DNA of 64,000 bases from an uncultured Acidimicrobiia bacterium (lineage in GTDB: Bacteria > Actinomycetota > Acidimicrobiia > Spongiisociales > UBA5794): NCBI GenBank assembly GCA_963714055.1, contig OY970227.1, positions 20,829 through 84,828 on the forward strand, written 5' to 3'. Below the pieces are notes generated by a model that saw nothing but the letters and a program-made list of their open reading frames with translations, was not told the origin of the DNA and searched no databases. The position numbers and the translations under genes were made by a program. Position 1 is the first letter of the stretch, and the number at the start of each line of letters is the position of its first letter. Positions 51,486 through 60,747 of the stretch are shown here, piece by piece.

Positions 51486-52461
51486 TCAGGACACCGGCGT
51501 CCAGGTCCCACAGCCGGTCGACGTGAAACCGGCGTCGCCGTCGGCGATGTCGACGATCACCGAGCCTTCGACGGCGTCCTCGTCGACCACGGCGTCGGCC
51601 TCCCCGGTGAAGGCGGAGAGGCGCGCCCAGGAACAGCCGTCACCACCGGGTGCGGCGTAACGACCCGCATCGACATGGGCGCCCACCGCCCAGGTACCGG
51701 GCGGGACGTCGCTCATCGGCACCGGCAGCTGAATCAGCGCGTACCAGTCGCCGCATCCCGCGGTGACCAGGGCAACGTCGCTGTCGACCACCTCGACGAT
51801 GCCGTGGGTGTCCACGTCGACCTCGGCGATCACCTCATCGTCGGTGCCCCCGGTCCCGGCAAGCCTCTGCCACGAGCACGCCGGGTCCTCACCGGGCTCG
51901 GTCGTCGTCAGTAAGCCGGTCTCGTAGGTGCCGGCGGCGATGTCGACGCCTACTTCGTGGGTGCCGTCGGAGAAGAGGGCTTCGGGAGGCGACTGGGTGG
52001 TGGTCGTCGAGGGCGCCACGGTCGTCGTCGTGGTCGGTGGCGTCGTCGTGGTGGTGGAGGGTGTCGCCGTCGTGGTCGATGACGGGGGCGCCGACGTGCC
52101 TGGAGCCTCGGTGGACGCCGTGGGAGTCGTCGATGACGTCGAGGTGGTGGACGAGGCCGGCAGGTCGTCGTCGTCTCGACGTGAGGCGGGCGATACCGAA
52201 GGCCAGGAGGGCGGCGAGCACCACCCACAGGGCGATCGCCCAGCCGCGACGCCACCACGGGGTCGGTACCGGCTCGTCCGGCCCGGCAGGAGGCGGAGGC
52301 GGCGGTGGGACCGGGGGCTGGACCAGCGTGGCGTCGTCTGGCCCGGGTGCGCCGGGGGTCTCGGGCATTTCCATGGTGCTGTCTTCGGAACCCAGTTCGC
52401 CGGTGCCTTCCGGTGGGGTGGGGTCGTCGCCGCTCGGTGGGGGGAGTCCCTGGTCGGTCAT
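51486..52461 (-). pseudogene. Membrane-anchored Pro/Thr-rich secreted protein with duplicated Cys-pair domain, one frameshift as assembled
   Basis: Pro-rich N-terminus, TM helix WAIALWVVLAALLAFGIA, then a frame change at about 52176-52184 into a Ser/Thr-rich linker (DDDDLPASSTTSTSSTTPTAST...TTTTTV) that continues into ORF 51486..52019. Two approximately 70-aa modules each carry C-x-W-x-R-L ... G-C-G-x-W. Confidence 0.6.
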
Positions 52462-52631
52462 GCTTGCTCCGCTCGTTCGCAGTCGCGCCGCACGATCACA
52501 CTAGACCGAGCCTATGCAAGGGTCGCGACCGGGGGTTCCGAGCGTCGCCGGGACCAGGCGATGGTGACAGACTGTCGCTGTCCCAGACATGCCGTCGTCC
52601 ACCCGGCTAGGTTGAGAGGGCCAGCGCCGAA

Positions 52632-53591
52632 GTGGATCGAGAGGAGCCGGCTGTGGCGAGTCCCTCGGTCGACGACGTCGTCTTCACCCTCGCCGAGCGG
52701 ATCGGCGGGCAGCCGCCGGGCAGCCGCCTGCCGTCGTGCCGCCGGCTGGCCGAGGACCTCGGGTCGAATCCGAGCACGGTCAACCGGGCACTCCATCGCC
52801 TCGCCTTGGGCGGCCTGGTCCGCAGCGAGCCGCGCCGGGGCACCTTCGTCACCGCTCGCGCGGTCCCCGGCCGGGTCAGCGACATCGAGGTCGTCGATGC
52901 GCTGGTCGCCCTGGTGCGATGGGGGAGGGCAGGCGGCGTCCCGGTGGATCGAATCGACCGACTCTTCCGGGAAGTCCTCCAGGGTGGCGCCGGGGCTCTG
53001 CGCGTCGGTTTCGTCGAGTGCAACACCGTCGACGCCACCGATCTCGCTGTCGCCGTCACCAACGCCACCGGGGTGACGCTGAAGCCGGTGGTGCTCGACG
53101 ACATGGACGACGGAGAGGTATGGCCGGATGCCTTCGACGTCCTGGCTTCGCCGCTCTACCACCTCGCCGACATCAAGGCGAAGACCGGGTCGCTCGACCG
53201 GGTGGTGGAGGTCGTGGTGCTCCCTTCGACGGCGACGATGCGCCGGCTCGCCACCGTCGAGCCGAGCGCCGTGGTGACCGTGGTGTCGCCCACCGAACGC
53301 GGTCTGGTGCTGATGACCGCCATCGCCCGCCAGCATTTCGCCGGCGAGGTCCGGCCGATGCTCGTCCCCGGCGACGGGACCCTGCCCGACCAATCGGACA
53401 TCGAGGTGCTGCTCTACAACGCCGCCACCCGGCTGACACCCGAGGCGGTATCCGGCGTGCCCAGCTCCTTCCGGCTCGAGTGGGAGCTGGACGCCAGCTC
53501 GGCCGCCAGCTTCCCTGCCAGGGTCGAGGCGGTCGCCAAGAGCATCCGGGAACTCGCCGGCGCCGAGCGGGTGGCGCAGCTCAGCGGATAA
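52632..53591 (+). CDS. GntR-family transcriptional regulator with large C-terminal domain
   Basis: N-terminal wHTH: LPSCRRLAEDLGSNPSTVNRALHRLALGGLVRSEPRRGTFV. The C-terminal approximately 230 aa are unassigned. Confidence 0.8.
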   Translation: MDREEPAVASPSVDDVVFTLAERIGGQPPGSRLPSCRRLAEDLGSNPSTVNRALHRLALGGLVRSEPRRGTFVTARAVPGRVSDIEVVDALVALVRWGRAGGVPVDRIDRLFREVLQGGAGALRVGFVECNTVDATDLAVAVTNATGVTLKPVVLDDMDDGEVWPDAFDVLASPLYHLADIKAKTGSLDRVVEVVVLPSTATMRRLATVEPSAVVTVVSPTERGLVLMTAIARQHFAGEVRPMLVPGDGTLPDQSDIEVLLYNAATRLTPEAVSGVPSSFRLEWELDASSAASFPARVEAVAKSIRELAGAERVAQLSG

Positions 53592-54225
53592 TCGGCAGCA
53601 CGTCGGCGGTGGTCGCCCGTCCCCCGAGCATCCGTGCCAGGTCGGGGCCGACACCGGTGCGCACCGCCACCTCCGCGAGGAGATGCAGCGTGTCGGTCAG
53701 CGCCTCGGGTGGCGGGCGCCACTCGACGGAGAGCGCCGCCGCCAGGTCCATGCCGTGCATGACGAGCTCCATCACCCGGGTGCGGAGATAGTCGACGAGC
53801 CGGATCGCGCCCCACGGTGTCGAGACCGTCGTCTCCCCATCGGCGGTGGCCAGGAGGGCGGCCACCCGGGCGACCGTCGCCGAGAACTCGCCACCCGGGA
53901 CGTCGCCGAGGGCGCTCACGGACTGGCGGCCTCGGGTAGCCACCTGGGCGTCGAGCTCGGGCTGGCGACGGCGGGCGTCGAGGTAGGCGGCGACGTAGGC
54001 GGCGGCGTCGTCGAGCTGGGGTGGCCCGGCAGGCCCGGCAGCGACGTACTGCTCCACCGTGGTCAGCGCCCGCATGGTGTGGGCGGCCAGCTCGATGACG
54101 GTCCACTCGCCCAATCCGGGCGCGGCGGGGTCGTCGATAGAGGCGACCAGCCCGGCAACTTCTTCGGCGACGGCGCGGTAGCCGGCAATCACCACGGCCC
54201 ATGCGGAGTCGACCATGGCGGGCAT
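53581..54225 (-). CDS. Maleylpyruvate isomerase-family, mycothiol-dependent (DinB-fold) protein
   Basis: GLGEWTVIELAAHTMRAL has the DinB/MDMPI N-terminal domain signature. The start is ATG 54225 or 54216. Confidence 0.75.
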   Translation of the reverse strand: MPAMVDSAWAVVIAGYRAVAEEVAGLVASIDDPAAPGLGEWTVIELAAHTMRALTTVEQYVAAGPAGPPQLDDAAAYVAAYLDARRRQPELDAQVATRGRQSVSALGDVPGGEFSATVARVAALLATADGETTVSTPWGAIRLVDYLRTRVMELVMHGMDLAAALSVEWRPPPEALTDTLHLLAEVAVRTGVGPDLARMLGGRATTADVLPIIR

Positions 54226-54310
54226 TCTGCCGTCGGAGCGAGGTGGCCGGGACGCGCAGGACCCCCGGCTCGCCGGGGGTCCAGGCATTGCGGTCTTCTT
54301 GTCGGTTTGC

Positions 54311-54463
54311 TCAGGGAGCCGCCGTGGTGTCGACGATCGCCACCGTGGTGACGGTGTCGTCGCCGGTGTCGCCGTCGTCGTCGTCGTCGCCGCAAGCGGC
54401 GGCTCCGGCGGACAACGCCAACAGTGCGGCGAGCACCAGGCTGGTCGTCTTGCGCTTCAGCAT
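54311..54463 (-). CDS. Possible 50-aa orphan lipoprotein
   Basis: ATG 54463 after AAGGAGG. MLKRKTTSLVLAALLALSAGAAAC|GDDDDDGDTGDDTVTTVAIVDTTAAP has a signal peptide plus lipobox followed by only 26 residues. Not in the ORF track (under 60 aa). Confidence 0.4.
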   Translation of the reverse strand: MLKRKTTSLVLAALLALSAGAAACGDDDDDGDTGDDTVTTVAIVDTTAAP

Positions 54464-54502
54464 GAGGCGGGGGGACCTCCTTTTCGGGAGACGTGGTCCG
54501 TC

Positions 54503-55447
54503 TCAGGTCGTGCCACCATACCTACCCACCCCGTCATCGGGCCAAACGGGGCCGAGCTCGATCCCGGCGAGCGCTTCGAGCGCTTTCACCAGGGCGTGGT
54601 TTCCCTCGCCACCCAACCCGCGGTGTTGCAGGGTCCGATAGAGCTGGTGGACCAGGGCGGTCGTGGGCAGGGGCACCCCCAACGACTCCGCCGCCTCGAG
54701 GGCGAGCCGGAGGTCCTTCTGCTGCAGGTCGATGGTGAACCCGGGTCGCCAGTCGCGGCGGATCATCTGCGGGCCCCGGTTCGCCAGCATCCAGGACGAC
54801 GCCGCCCCGCCCCCGACGGCGGCGAGTGTCTTCTCCAGGTCGAGCCCGGCTGCCTGGGCCAGGAGCAACGCCTCGGAGGCGGCGAGCTGGTTCACCACCA
54901 CCAGCACCTGGTTGACCAGCTTGACCAACTGCCCCGACCCGACCGGGCCGACGTGGGTGACCGTGGTGGCATACGCCTCCATCGCCGGCTGCACGGTGGC
55001 GTAGTCCTCCTGGTCGGCGCCGACCATGACCGACAGCGTGCCTCGCACCGCACCCTCCGAGCCGCCGCTCACCGGGGCGTCGACCCAGGCGCCGCCGCCG
55101 TTGGCCACCAGATCGGCGAGCCGTCGGGTCTCCGCCGGGCTGATGGTGGAGTGGTCGACCACGATCGACCCGGCCGCCAGGCCCTCGAGGACACCCGAGG
55201 GCCGCGTCACCACCTCGGTGACGTCGGGGGTGTCCGACACGCACAGCATCACCAGCCTGGCGCGGGAGGCGACGTCGGCAGGATCGGTTGCCGCCTCGGC
55301 CCCTGCGGCGACCAGCGGCGCCATCCGGGCGGGGGAGCGGTTCCATACCACGACCCGGTGCCCGGCATCGAGCAGGTGGCCGGCCATGGGGCCACCCATG
55401 GTGCCCAGCCCGATGAAGCCGATGGCGGTGCCGTCACCCGGCATCAA
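54503..55447 (-). CDS. NAD(P)-dependent beta-hydroxyacid dehydrogenase (3-hydroxyisobutyrate/2-hydroxy-3-oxopropionate reductase family)
   Basis: IGFIGLGTMGGPMAGHLL Rossmann motif and DAPVSGG motif. 314 aa. Confidence 0.9.
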   Translation of the reverse strand: MMPGDGTAIGFIGLGTMGGPMAGHLLDAGHRVVVWNRSPARMAPLVAAGAEAATDPADVASRARLVMLCVSDTPDVTEVVTRPSGVLEGLAAGSIVVDHSTISPAETRRLADLVANGGGAWVDAPVSGGSEGAVRGTLSVMVGADQEDYATVQPAMEAYATTVTHVGPVGSGQLVKLVNQVLVVVNQLAASEALLLAQAAGLDLEKTLAAVGGGAASSWMLANRGPQMIRRDWRPGFTIDLQQKDLRLALEAAESLGVPLPTTALVHQLYRTLQHRGLGGEGNHALVKALEALAGIELGPVWPDDGVGRYGGTT

Positions 55448-56282
55448 CGGTCACTCCCGGAGACGGAGCCGCCCGATAGGCGCCGAGGACGCGGTCGCTC
55501 GTGTCGGGCCAGGCGGTGAGCGCCCACGGCCCGAAGTCACGCTCGGTGAGGCCGACGGTCGCCAACCCGGCGACGGGGTCGGCCCACAGGAAGCTGCCGG
55601 TCCTGCCGAAGTGGCCGAAGGTCTCGGGGGAGTTGTCGCTCCCCGTCCAGTGCGGGTGCTTGTCGCCCCGGATCTCGAAGGTGAGGCCCCACGGGCAGGG
55701 GTCGAAGAAGCGCACCCCGGGGACGACCCCGGCGAGGTCGGGGAACTGGACGCTGGCGGCCGTCGCCATGGTGCGCGCCGAGACGAGGGTGGGGGAGAGG
55801 AGCTCCCGGGCGAACCGGGCCAGGTCGGCCGCCGAGCTCCGCACGCCGTGTGCCGGTGACCCGACCAGCCTGGTCGACGCCATTCCGAGCGGGAGTATCA
55901 CGCCTTGGTCGAGGTAGTCGGCGAACGGCATGCCGGCCCGGGCGGCGAGATGATCGGCGAACCGGTCGATCCCGGGGTTGGAGTAGATCCGACGGGTCTC
56001 CGGTGGCACCGTGGACCGGCTCTCGTCGTAGGGGAGCCCGGAGGCGTGGGAGAGCAGGTGACGGACCGTCGAACCGGGTGGGCCGGCCGGCTCGTCGAGT
56101 TCGACGGTGCCCTCCTCGAGCGCCACCAGTGCCGACATGCCGACCAGCAGCTTGCTCACCGAGGCGATCGGCTGGACGCGGTCGAGGTCGCCGACGGCAC
56201 CGAGTACGGAGTCGGCGTCGGACACGGTGAGAGAAGCGGTGTCCACCGGCCACGAGGCGACGAACGCGGTGAGGTCGTCCAC
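55434..56282 (-). CDS. Serine hydrolase, beta-lactamase/transpeptidase-like family
   Basis: SxxK motif IASVSKLL and a YSN motif. The ORF extends to 56375, but that would overlap the nhaA end, so GTG 56282 is chosen. The start is uncertain. Confidence 0.75.
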   Translation of the reverse strand: MDDLTAFVASWPVDTASLTVSDADSVLGAVGDLDRVQPIASVSKLLVGMSALVALEEGTVELDEPAGPPGSTVRHLLSHASGLPYDESRSTVPPETRRIYSNPGIDRFADHLAARAGMPFADYLDQGVILPLGMASTRLVGSPAHGVRSSAADLARFARELLSPTLVSARTMATAASVQFPDLAGVVPGVRFFDPCPWGLTFEIRGDKHPHWTGSDNSPETFGHFGRTGSFLWADPVAGLATVGLTERDFGPWALTAWPDTSDRVLGAYRAAPSPGVTVDAG

Positions 56283-56331
56283 CAGGTCACGGTAGCGCCG
56301 GGTGGTCCCGCCACCTCGGGGTGCGACCGAG

Positions 56332-57699
56332 TCACATGCCCGGCTCGTGGCCGTTGGGGATCTCGTCGTCGTCAACGTCGGACTCCTCCGACTCGGCGAT
56401 CGCCCGGTAGAAGGAGTTCCGGCGACGGAGCACGACCGCCCCCAGCAGGGCGGCGGCGAAGGAGGCGGTGAGCACGGCGAGCTTCACGCCGTCGATGCGG
56501 GCGGTGTCACCGAAGGCGAGCTCACCGACCAGGAGAGAGACGGTGAAACCGATCCCCGCCACCATCGACAGGCCAAGCATGTCGCTCCAGGTGACGGCGG
56601 CGTCCAGCCTCGCTCGGGTCAGGGTGGCGGTGAGCCAGGTGGCGACCATGATCCCCACCGGCTTGCCGACGATCAGCCCGGCGAGGATGCCGATGGCGAC
56701 GGGATCCGCCATGGTCTCGAGAAGGCCGGGCCCGCCGACGAAGGTGACCCCGGCGGTGAGGAGCGCGAACAACGGCACGGCGATCCCTGCTGAGATGGGC
56801 CTCCACCGGTGTTCCAGGTCCTCGATGATCGGCTCGCCGCCCTTGCCGTGCAGCGGGACGGCGACTCCGAGCAGGACCCCGGCGATTGTGGCGTGGACGC
56901 CGGAGTCGTGCATCAGCACCCAGGCGGCGACGGCGACGACCGCGGCGAGGATCCACGGCGGGCGGCGCCGGCGGGTCAGCCAGCCGAAACCGGCCACGCA
57001 GGCAACGGCTCCTCCCAGGGCGGCCAGGTCGACAGTGGCGGTGAAGAAGACGGCGATGATCGTGATGGCCAACAGGTCGTCGACCACCGCCAGGGTCAAC
57101 AGGAACGAGCGCAGCCCCGCGGGGAGGTGGCTGCCCAGCACGGCGAGAACGGCGAGGGCGAAGGCGATGTCGGTGGCGGTGGGGATCGCCCAGCCGTCCA
57201 GCGAGCCTTCCGGGCCCAGATTGACCAGGACGTAGAGGAGCGCGGGGACGGCGACACCGCCCAGGGCGGCGATCACCGGTACCGCCGCCCGGCGTGGGTC
57301 CCTGAGATCGCCCTCCACCAGCTCGCGCTTGAGCTCGAGCCCCACCACGAAGAAGAAGATCGCCAGCAAGCCGTCAGCCGCCCAGGTGGCCAGGTCGAGG
57401 TCGAGGTGGAGCGCAGCCGGTCCGACGACCGTGGCTTTCACCGTCTCGTACGACTCCCGCCAGGGCGAGTTGGCCCAGACCAGAGCCACCAGGGCGGCGC
57501 CGATGAGCAGCAAACCGCCGACGGTCTCGGTGCGGAGGGCGTCGGCGACGAACCGAATCTCGGGCCGGGACTCGGGACGCCGGAACAACGGGCTCTTCGC
57601 GGTAGGTGGTGGTTCCGTGCCGGCCTCCGGTGTGGCGGCGAGAGGGTAGTTGTTGGTGTCCCGCCGCTCAGGTCCGACCACCAGACCCGGCACATGCAA
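56332..57699 (-). CDS. nhaA: Na+/H+ antiporter NhaA
   Basis: FVADALRTETVGGLLLIGAALVALVWANSPW and FFFVVGLELKRE are typical NhaA. Start candidates are TTG 57699, GTG 57693 and GTG 57681. Confidence 0.9.
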   Translation of the reverse strand: MHVPGLVVGPERRDTNNYPLAATPEAGTEPPPTAKSPLFRRPESRPEIRFVADALRTETVGGLLLIGAALVALVWANSPWRESYETVKATVVGPAALHLDLDLATWAADGLLAIFFFVVGLELKRELVEGDLRDPRRAAVPVIAALGGVAVPALLYVLVNLGPEGSLDGWAIPTATDIAFALAVLAVLGSHLPAGLRSFLLTLAVVDDLLAITIIAVFFTATVDLAALGGAVACVAGFGWLTRRRRPPWILAAVVAVAAWVLMHDSGVHATIAGVLLGVAVPLHGKGGEPIIEDLEHRWRPISAGIAVPLFALLTAGVTFVGGPGLLETMADPVAIGILAGLIVGKPVGIMVATWLTATLTRARLDAAVTWSDMLGLSMVAGIGFTVSLLVGELAFGDTARIDGVKLAVLTASFAAALLGAVVLRRRNSFYRAIAESEESDVDDDEIPNGHEPGM

Positions 57700-57711
57700 G
57701 ATGCAGACGTC

Positions 57712-57717
57712 TACACT
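57712..57717 (+). promoter_or_regulatory. Candidate -10 hexamer TACACT for a leaderless transcript of the Mop-type regulator/modABC operon
   Basis: The TANNNT-type hexamer ends 7 nt before ATG 57725. There is no Shine-Dalgarno sequence between them. It sits in a locally AT-richer stretch, and an 8-bp palindrome AGACGTCT lies just upstream (57704-57711). Confidence 0.3.
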
Positions 57718-57724
57718 CTCGCAA

Positions 57725-58126
57725 ATGCGAATCGAATACCGGATCGGTCAGGTCGCCGACCTGCTCGGCGTCAGCCCGGACACGGTGCGGCGATGGGCGG
57801 ACTCCGGACGGCTCGCCATGCACCGCACGCCGGGAGGCGAGCGGGTCATCGAGGGCGCCGCCCTCGCCCGCCTGCTGGTCGAGGAGGCACCGACCCGCCA
57901 TCCGGAGACGGCACAGTCGGCCCGCAACCGGTTCCCCGGGGTGGTCACCTCGGTCGAGAAGGACTCGATCATGGCGAAGGTCGAGATTCACGCCGGCCCG
58001 CACCGCATCGTGTCGCTGATGAGCGCCGAGGCCGCCGACGAGCTCGGCTTGGTCACCGGTGCCTACGCCGTGGCGGTGGTCAAGGCCACCAATGTCATCG
58101 TGGAGACCCCTGGGGGAGCCTCATGA
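57725..58126 (+). CDS. Molybdate-responsive regulator-like protein: MerR/excisionase-type HTH fused to a TOBE/Mop domain
   Basis: MRIEYRIGQVADLLGVSPDTVRRWADSGRL (HTH), then NRFPGVVTSVEKDSIMAKVEIHAGPHRIVSLMS...VVKATNVIVE (Mop/TOBE). ATGA overlap with modA. Confidence 0.8.
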   Translation: MRIEYRIGQVADLLGVSPDTVRRWADSGRLAMHRTPGGERVIEGAALARLLVEEAPTRHPETAQSARNRFPGVVTSVEKDSIMAKVEIHAGPHRIVSLMSAEAADELGLVTGAYAVAVVKATNVIVETPGGAS

Positions 58127-58878
58127 GGCGCGCCCTGGCCGCGCTGGCCGTCCTGACCCTGGTGGCCGCCGCCTGTGGCGGCGACGACGAGGCCGAGGCC
58201 CCGAGTGAGCCGATCCTCGTCTTGGGGGCGGCTTCGCTGACCGACGTCTTCACCGCCATCGCCGCAGAGTTCGAGGCCGCCAACGAAGGGGTCACCGTCG
58301 AGCTGTCCTTCGGGGCCAGCTCAGCTCTGGCAACGCAGATCATCGAGGGGGCGCCGGCGTCGGTGTTCGCCTCGGCGAGCGGGACCCAGATGACCGCCGT
58401 GGTCGACGAAGGGCTCAACGACTCCGAGCCGGTGATCTTCGCCACCAACGTGCTCGAGATCGCGGTCTCGACCGAGGCCGAGGGCGAGGTGACCACCATC
58501 GACGACTTCGCCAACGAGGCCCTCCTCCTCGGGCTGTGCGTCGAAGACGTTCCCTGCGGCACGTTCGCTGTCGAGATGTTCGACAGCGCCGGGATGACTC
58601 CTTCGGTCGACACCTTCGAGCCCGACGTCCGTGCCCTATTGGGCAAGGTGGAGAGCGGCGAGCTCGACGCCGCCATCGTGTACCACAGTGACGTGGTCGC
58701 CTCCGCCGGCGGCGTGGTCGGGGTCGAGATCCCCGAGGACCAGAACGTGATCGCCGCCTATCCGATCGCCACCCTCACCGAGGCGACCGACGCCGAATGG
58801 GCCCAGGCGTTCGTCGACTTCGTCATGTCCGACGCCGGGCAGGAGATCCTCCGGGGCTACGGGTTCTCCGCACCGTGA
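58123..58878 (+). CDS. modA: Molybdate ABC transporter substrate-binding lipoprotein
   Basis: MRRALAALAVLTLVAAAC lipobox. ILVLGAASLTDVFTAIAAEFE...SFGASSALATQI is typical ModA. Confidence 0.9.
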   Translation: MRRALAALAVLTLVAAACGGDDEAEAPSEPILVLGAASLTDVFTAIAAEFEAANEGVTVELSFGASSALATQIIEGAPASVFASASGTQMTAVVDEGLNDSEPVIFATNVLEIAVSTEAEGEVTTIDDFANEALLLGLCVEDVPCGTFAVEMFDSAGMTPSVDTFEPDVRALLGKVESGELDAAIVYHSDVVASAGGVVGVEIPEDQNVIAAYPIATLTEATDAEWAQAFVDFVMSDAGQEILRGYGFSAP

Positions 58879-59675
58879 GCGAACGCCGCAGGGCCCGGCG
58901 CCGGCCGCCGCCGGCGGTGCTGGTCCCGGCGGTGATCGGCCTCGCCTTCATGGTCCTGCCGTTCGTCGGCCTGCTGATCCGAACACCCTGGGGCGAGCTC
59001 GGCGAGCACCTCACCGACCCATTCGTGCTCACCGCCCTCAGACTGTCGGTGGTGACATCGCTGGCAGCCACCGCGCTGTCTCTGGTCATCGGCGTGCCGC
59101 TGGCCTGGCTGCTCGCCCGCACGACCTTTCCGGGGCGGTCGGTGGTCCGGGGCATCGTCCTCCTGCCGATGGTGCTTCCCCCGGTGGTCGGCGGCGCCGT
59201 CCTCCTTTTCGCCCTCGGCCGGCGCGGCCTGGTCGGGCAGTGGCTCGACCGGCAGCTCGGGTTCCTGCTGCCTTTCTCCACCTGGGGCGTCATCGTCGCC
59301 GTCACGTTCATCGCCATGCCCTTCCTGGTGATCACCGTCGAGGCCGGGCTCCGTGGCGCCGACCTCCGGTTCGAGGAGGCGGCGACAACGCTGGGGGCGT
59401 CGCGGCTCGCCGTGTTCCGCCGGATCACCCTTCCCATGTCGTGGCCGTCGATCGTTGCCGGGGCGGTGCTCGCCTGGGCCAGGGCGCTCGGCGAGTTCGG
59501 GGCCACCATCACCTTCGCCGGCAACCTGCCCGGTCGCACCCAGACCATGCCCCTGGCTGTGTTCGAGGCGCTCGAAGCCGACCGGGGCTCGGCGCTGGTC
59601 CTCAGCCTGATCCTGGTGGCGGTGTCGTTGGTCGTGCTGGTGGCCCTGCGCGACCGTTGGTTCCGAGTGGGATGA
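58875..59675 (+). CDS. modB: Molybdate ABC transporter permease
   Basis: GTG 58875 overlaps the modA stop. EAA-loop region EEAATTLGASRLAVFRRITLP. About 5 TM segments. Confidence 0.9.
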   Translation: MSERRRARRRPPPAVLVPAVIGLAFMVLPFVGLLIRTPWGELGEHLTDPFVLTALRLSVVTSLAATALSLVIGVPLAWLLARTTFPGRSVVRGIVLLPMVLPPVVGGAVLLFALGRRGLVGQWLDRQLGFLLPFSTWGVIVAVTFIAMPFLVITVEAGLRGADLRFEEAATTLGASRLAVFRRITLPMSWPSIVAGAVLAWARALGEFGATITFAGNLPGRTQTMPLAVFEALEADRGSALVLSLILVAVSLVVLVALRDRWFRVG

Positions 59676-60727
59676 GCCTGGTCGCCGACGTCCGGGTGCG
59701 GCGGGGGGCCTTCGCCCTCGACGCGTCACTGTCGGTGGGTGACGGCGAGTTGGTGGCGCTGCTCGGGCCGAACGGCGCCGGCAAGTCCTCGTTGCTGCGG
59801 GCGATCATCGGGCTGGATCCCTTGGACGGCGGTCGGGTGTCCGTCGACGGGGTGGTGATGGACGATCCGGCCGGCGACGTCTTCGTCCCGGTCGAGGCCC
59901 GCCCGGTCGGTCTGGTGTTCCAGGACTACCTGCTGTTCCCCCACCTCAGCGTCGTCGACAACGTCGCCTTCGGTCTCCGCTGCCACGGCATGGGCCGGTC
60001 GTCGGCAACCGCCGAGGCGATGGGGTGGCTGGAGCGCTTCGGGCTGCTCGAGGCGGCCCGGCGGCGGCCCGCCGAGCTGTCCGGGGGCCAGGCGCAGCGG
60101 GCGGCGCTGGCTCGTGCCCTGGCCACCAGCCCGCGTGTGCTGTTGCTCGACGAGCCCCTGGCCGCCTTGGACGTCGCCACCCGGCGGCAGGTGCGCACCG
60201 AGATGGTCGCCCACCTCGCCTCGTTCCCCGGTGCCCGGGTGCTGGTCACCCACGATCCGGTGGAGGCGGTCGTGCTCGCCGACCGGATCGTGGTCCTCGA
60301 GGAGGGGAGGGTGCGCCAGGAGGGGACCGCCGCCGACATCCGGCGGCAGCCGCGCTCCGATTACACCGCCCGCCTCGTCGGCGTCAACCTGCTGCGGGGG
60401 AGGGCGGACGGCCACGACGTGGTGCTGGCCGGCGGTGCTCGGGTCCACCTGGCCGAGCCGGCACCCCCGGGCGAGGTGCTGGTCCTGGTGAGGCCCCAGT
60501 CGATCGCCCTCTACCAGGGAAGACCGGAGGGGACCCCCCGCAACGTGTGGCGGCTCGTTGTGCTCGGGGTCGAAGGCGGGGGGGAGCGGGTGAGGGTGGA
60601 GCTGGGCGGGCCGGTGCCGCTCACCGCCGAGATCACCCCTGAAGCGGTCGTCGCCCTCGACCTGGCTCCCGGCGCCGAGGTGTGGGCGTCGTTCAAGGCG
60701 ACCGACGTCGAGGTGTACCCGGCATGA
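59672..60727 (+). CDS. modC: Molybdate ABC transporter ATP-binding protein with C-terminal TOBE-like domain
   Basis: ATG 59672 overlaps the modB stop. Walker A GPNGAGKSS, LSGGQAQR, LLLDEP. The C-terminal approximately 120 aa form a beta-rich TOBE-like domain. Confidence 0.9.
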   Translation: MSLVADVRVRRGAFALDASLSVGDGELVALLGPNGAGKSSLLRAIIGLDPLDGGRVSVDGVVMDDPAGDVFVPVEARPVGLVFQDYLLFPHLSVVDNVAFGLRCHGMGRSSATAEAMGWLERFGLLEAARRRPAELSGGQAQRAALARALATSPRVLLLDEPLAALDVATRRQVRTEMVAHLASFPGARVLVTHDPVEAVVLADRIVVLEEGRVRQEGTAADIRRQPRSDYTARLVGVNLLRGRADGHDVVLAGGARVHLAEPAPPGEVLVLVRPQSIALYQGRPEGTPRNVWRLVVLGVEGGGERVRVELGGPVPLTAEITPEAVVALDLAPGAEVWASFKATDVEVYPA

Positions 60728-60747
60728 GGCCGGTGGCGAGAGCGAGC

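Noticed and set aside
56809-58122. Long N-terminal extension of the modA reading frame (ORF 56809..58878)
   Set aside because: The upstream 438 codons are antisense to nhaA and overlap the Mop regulator. A proper signal peptide with an ATGA-coupled ATG is present at 58123.
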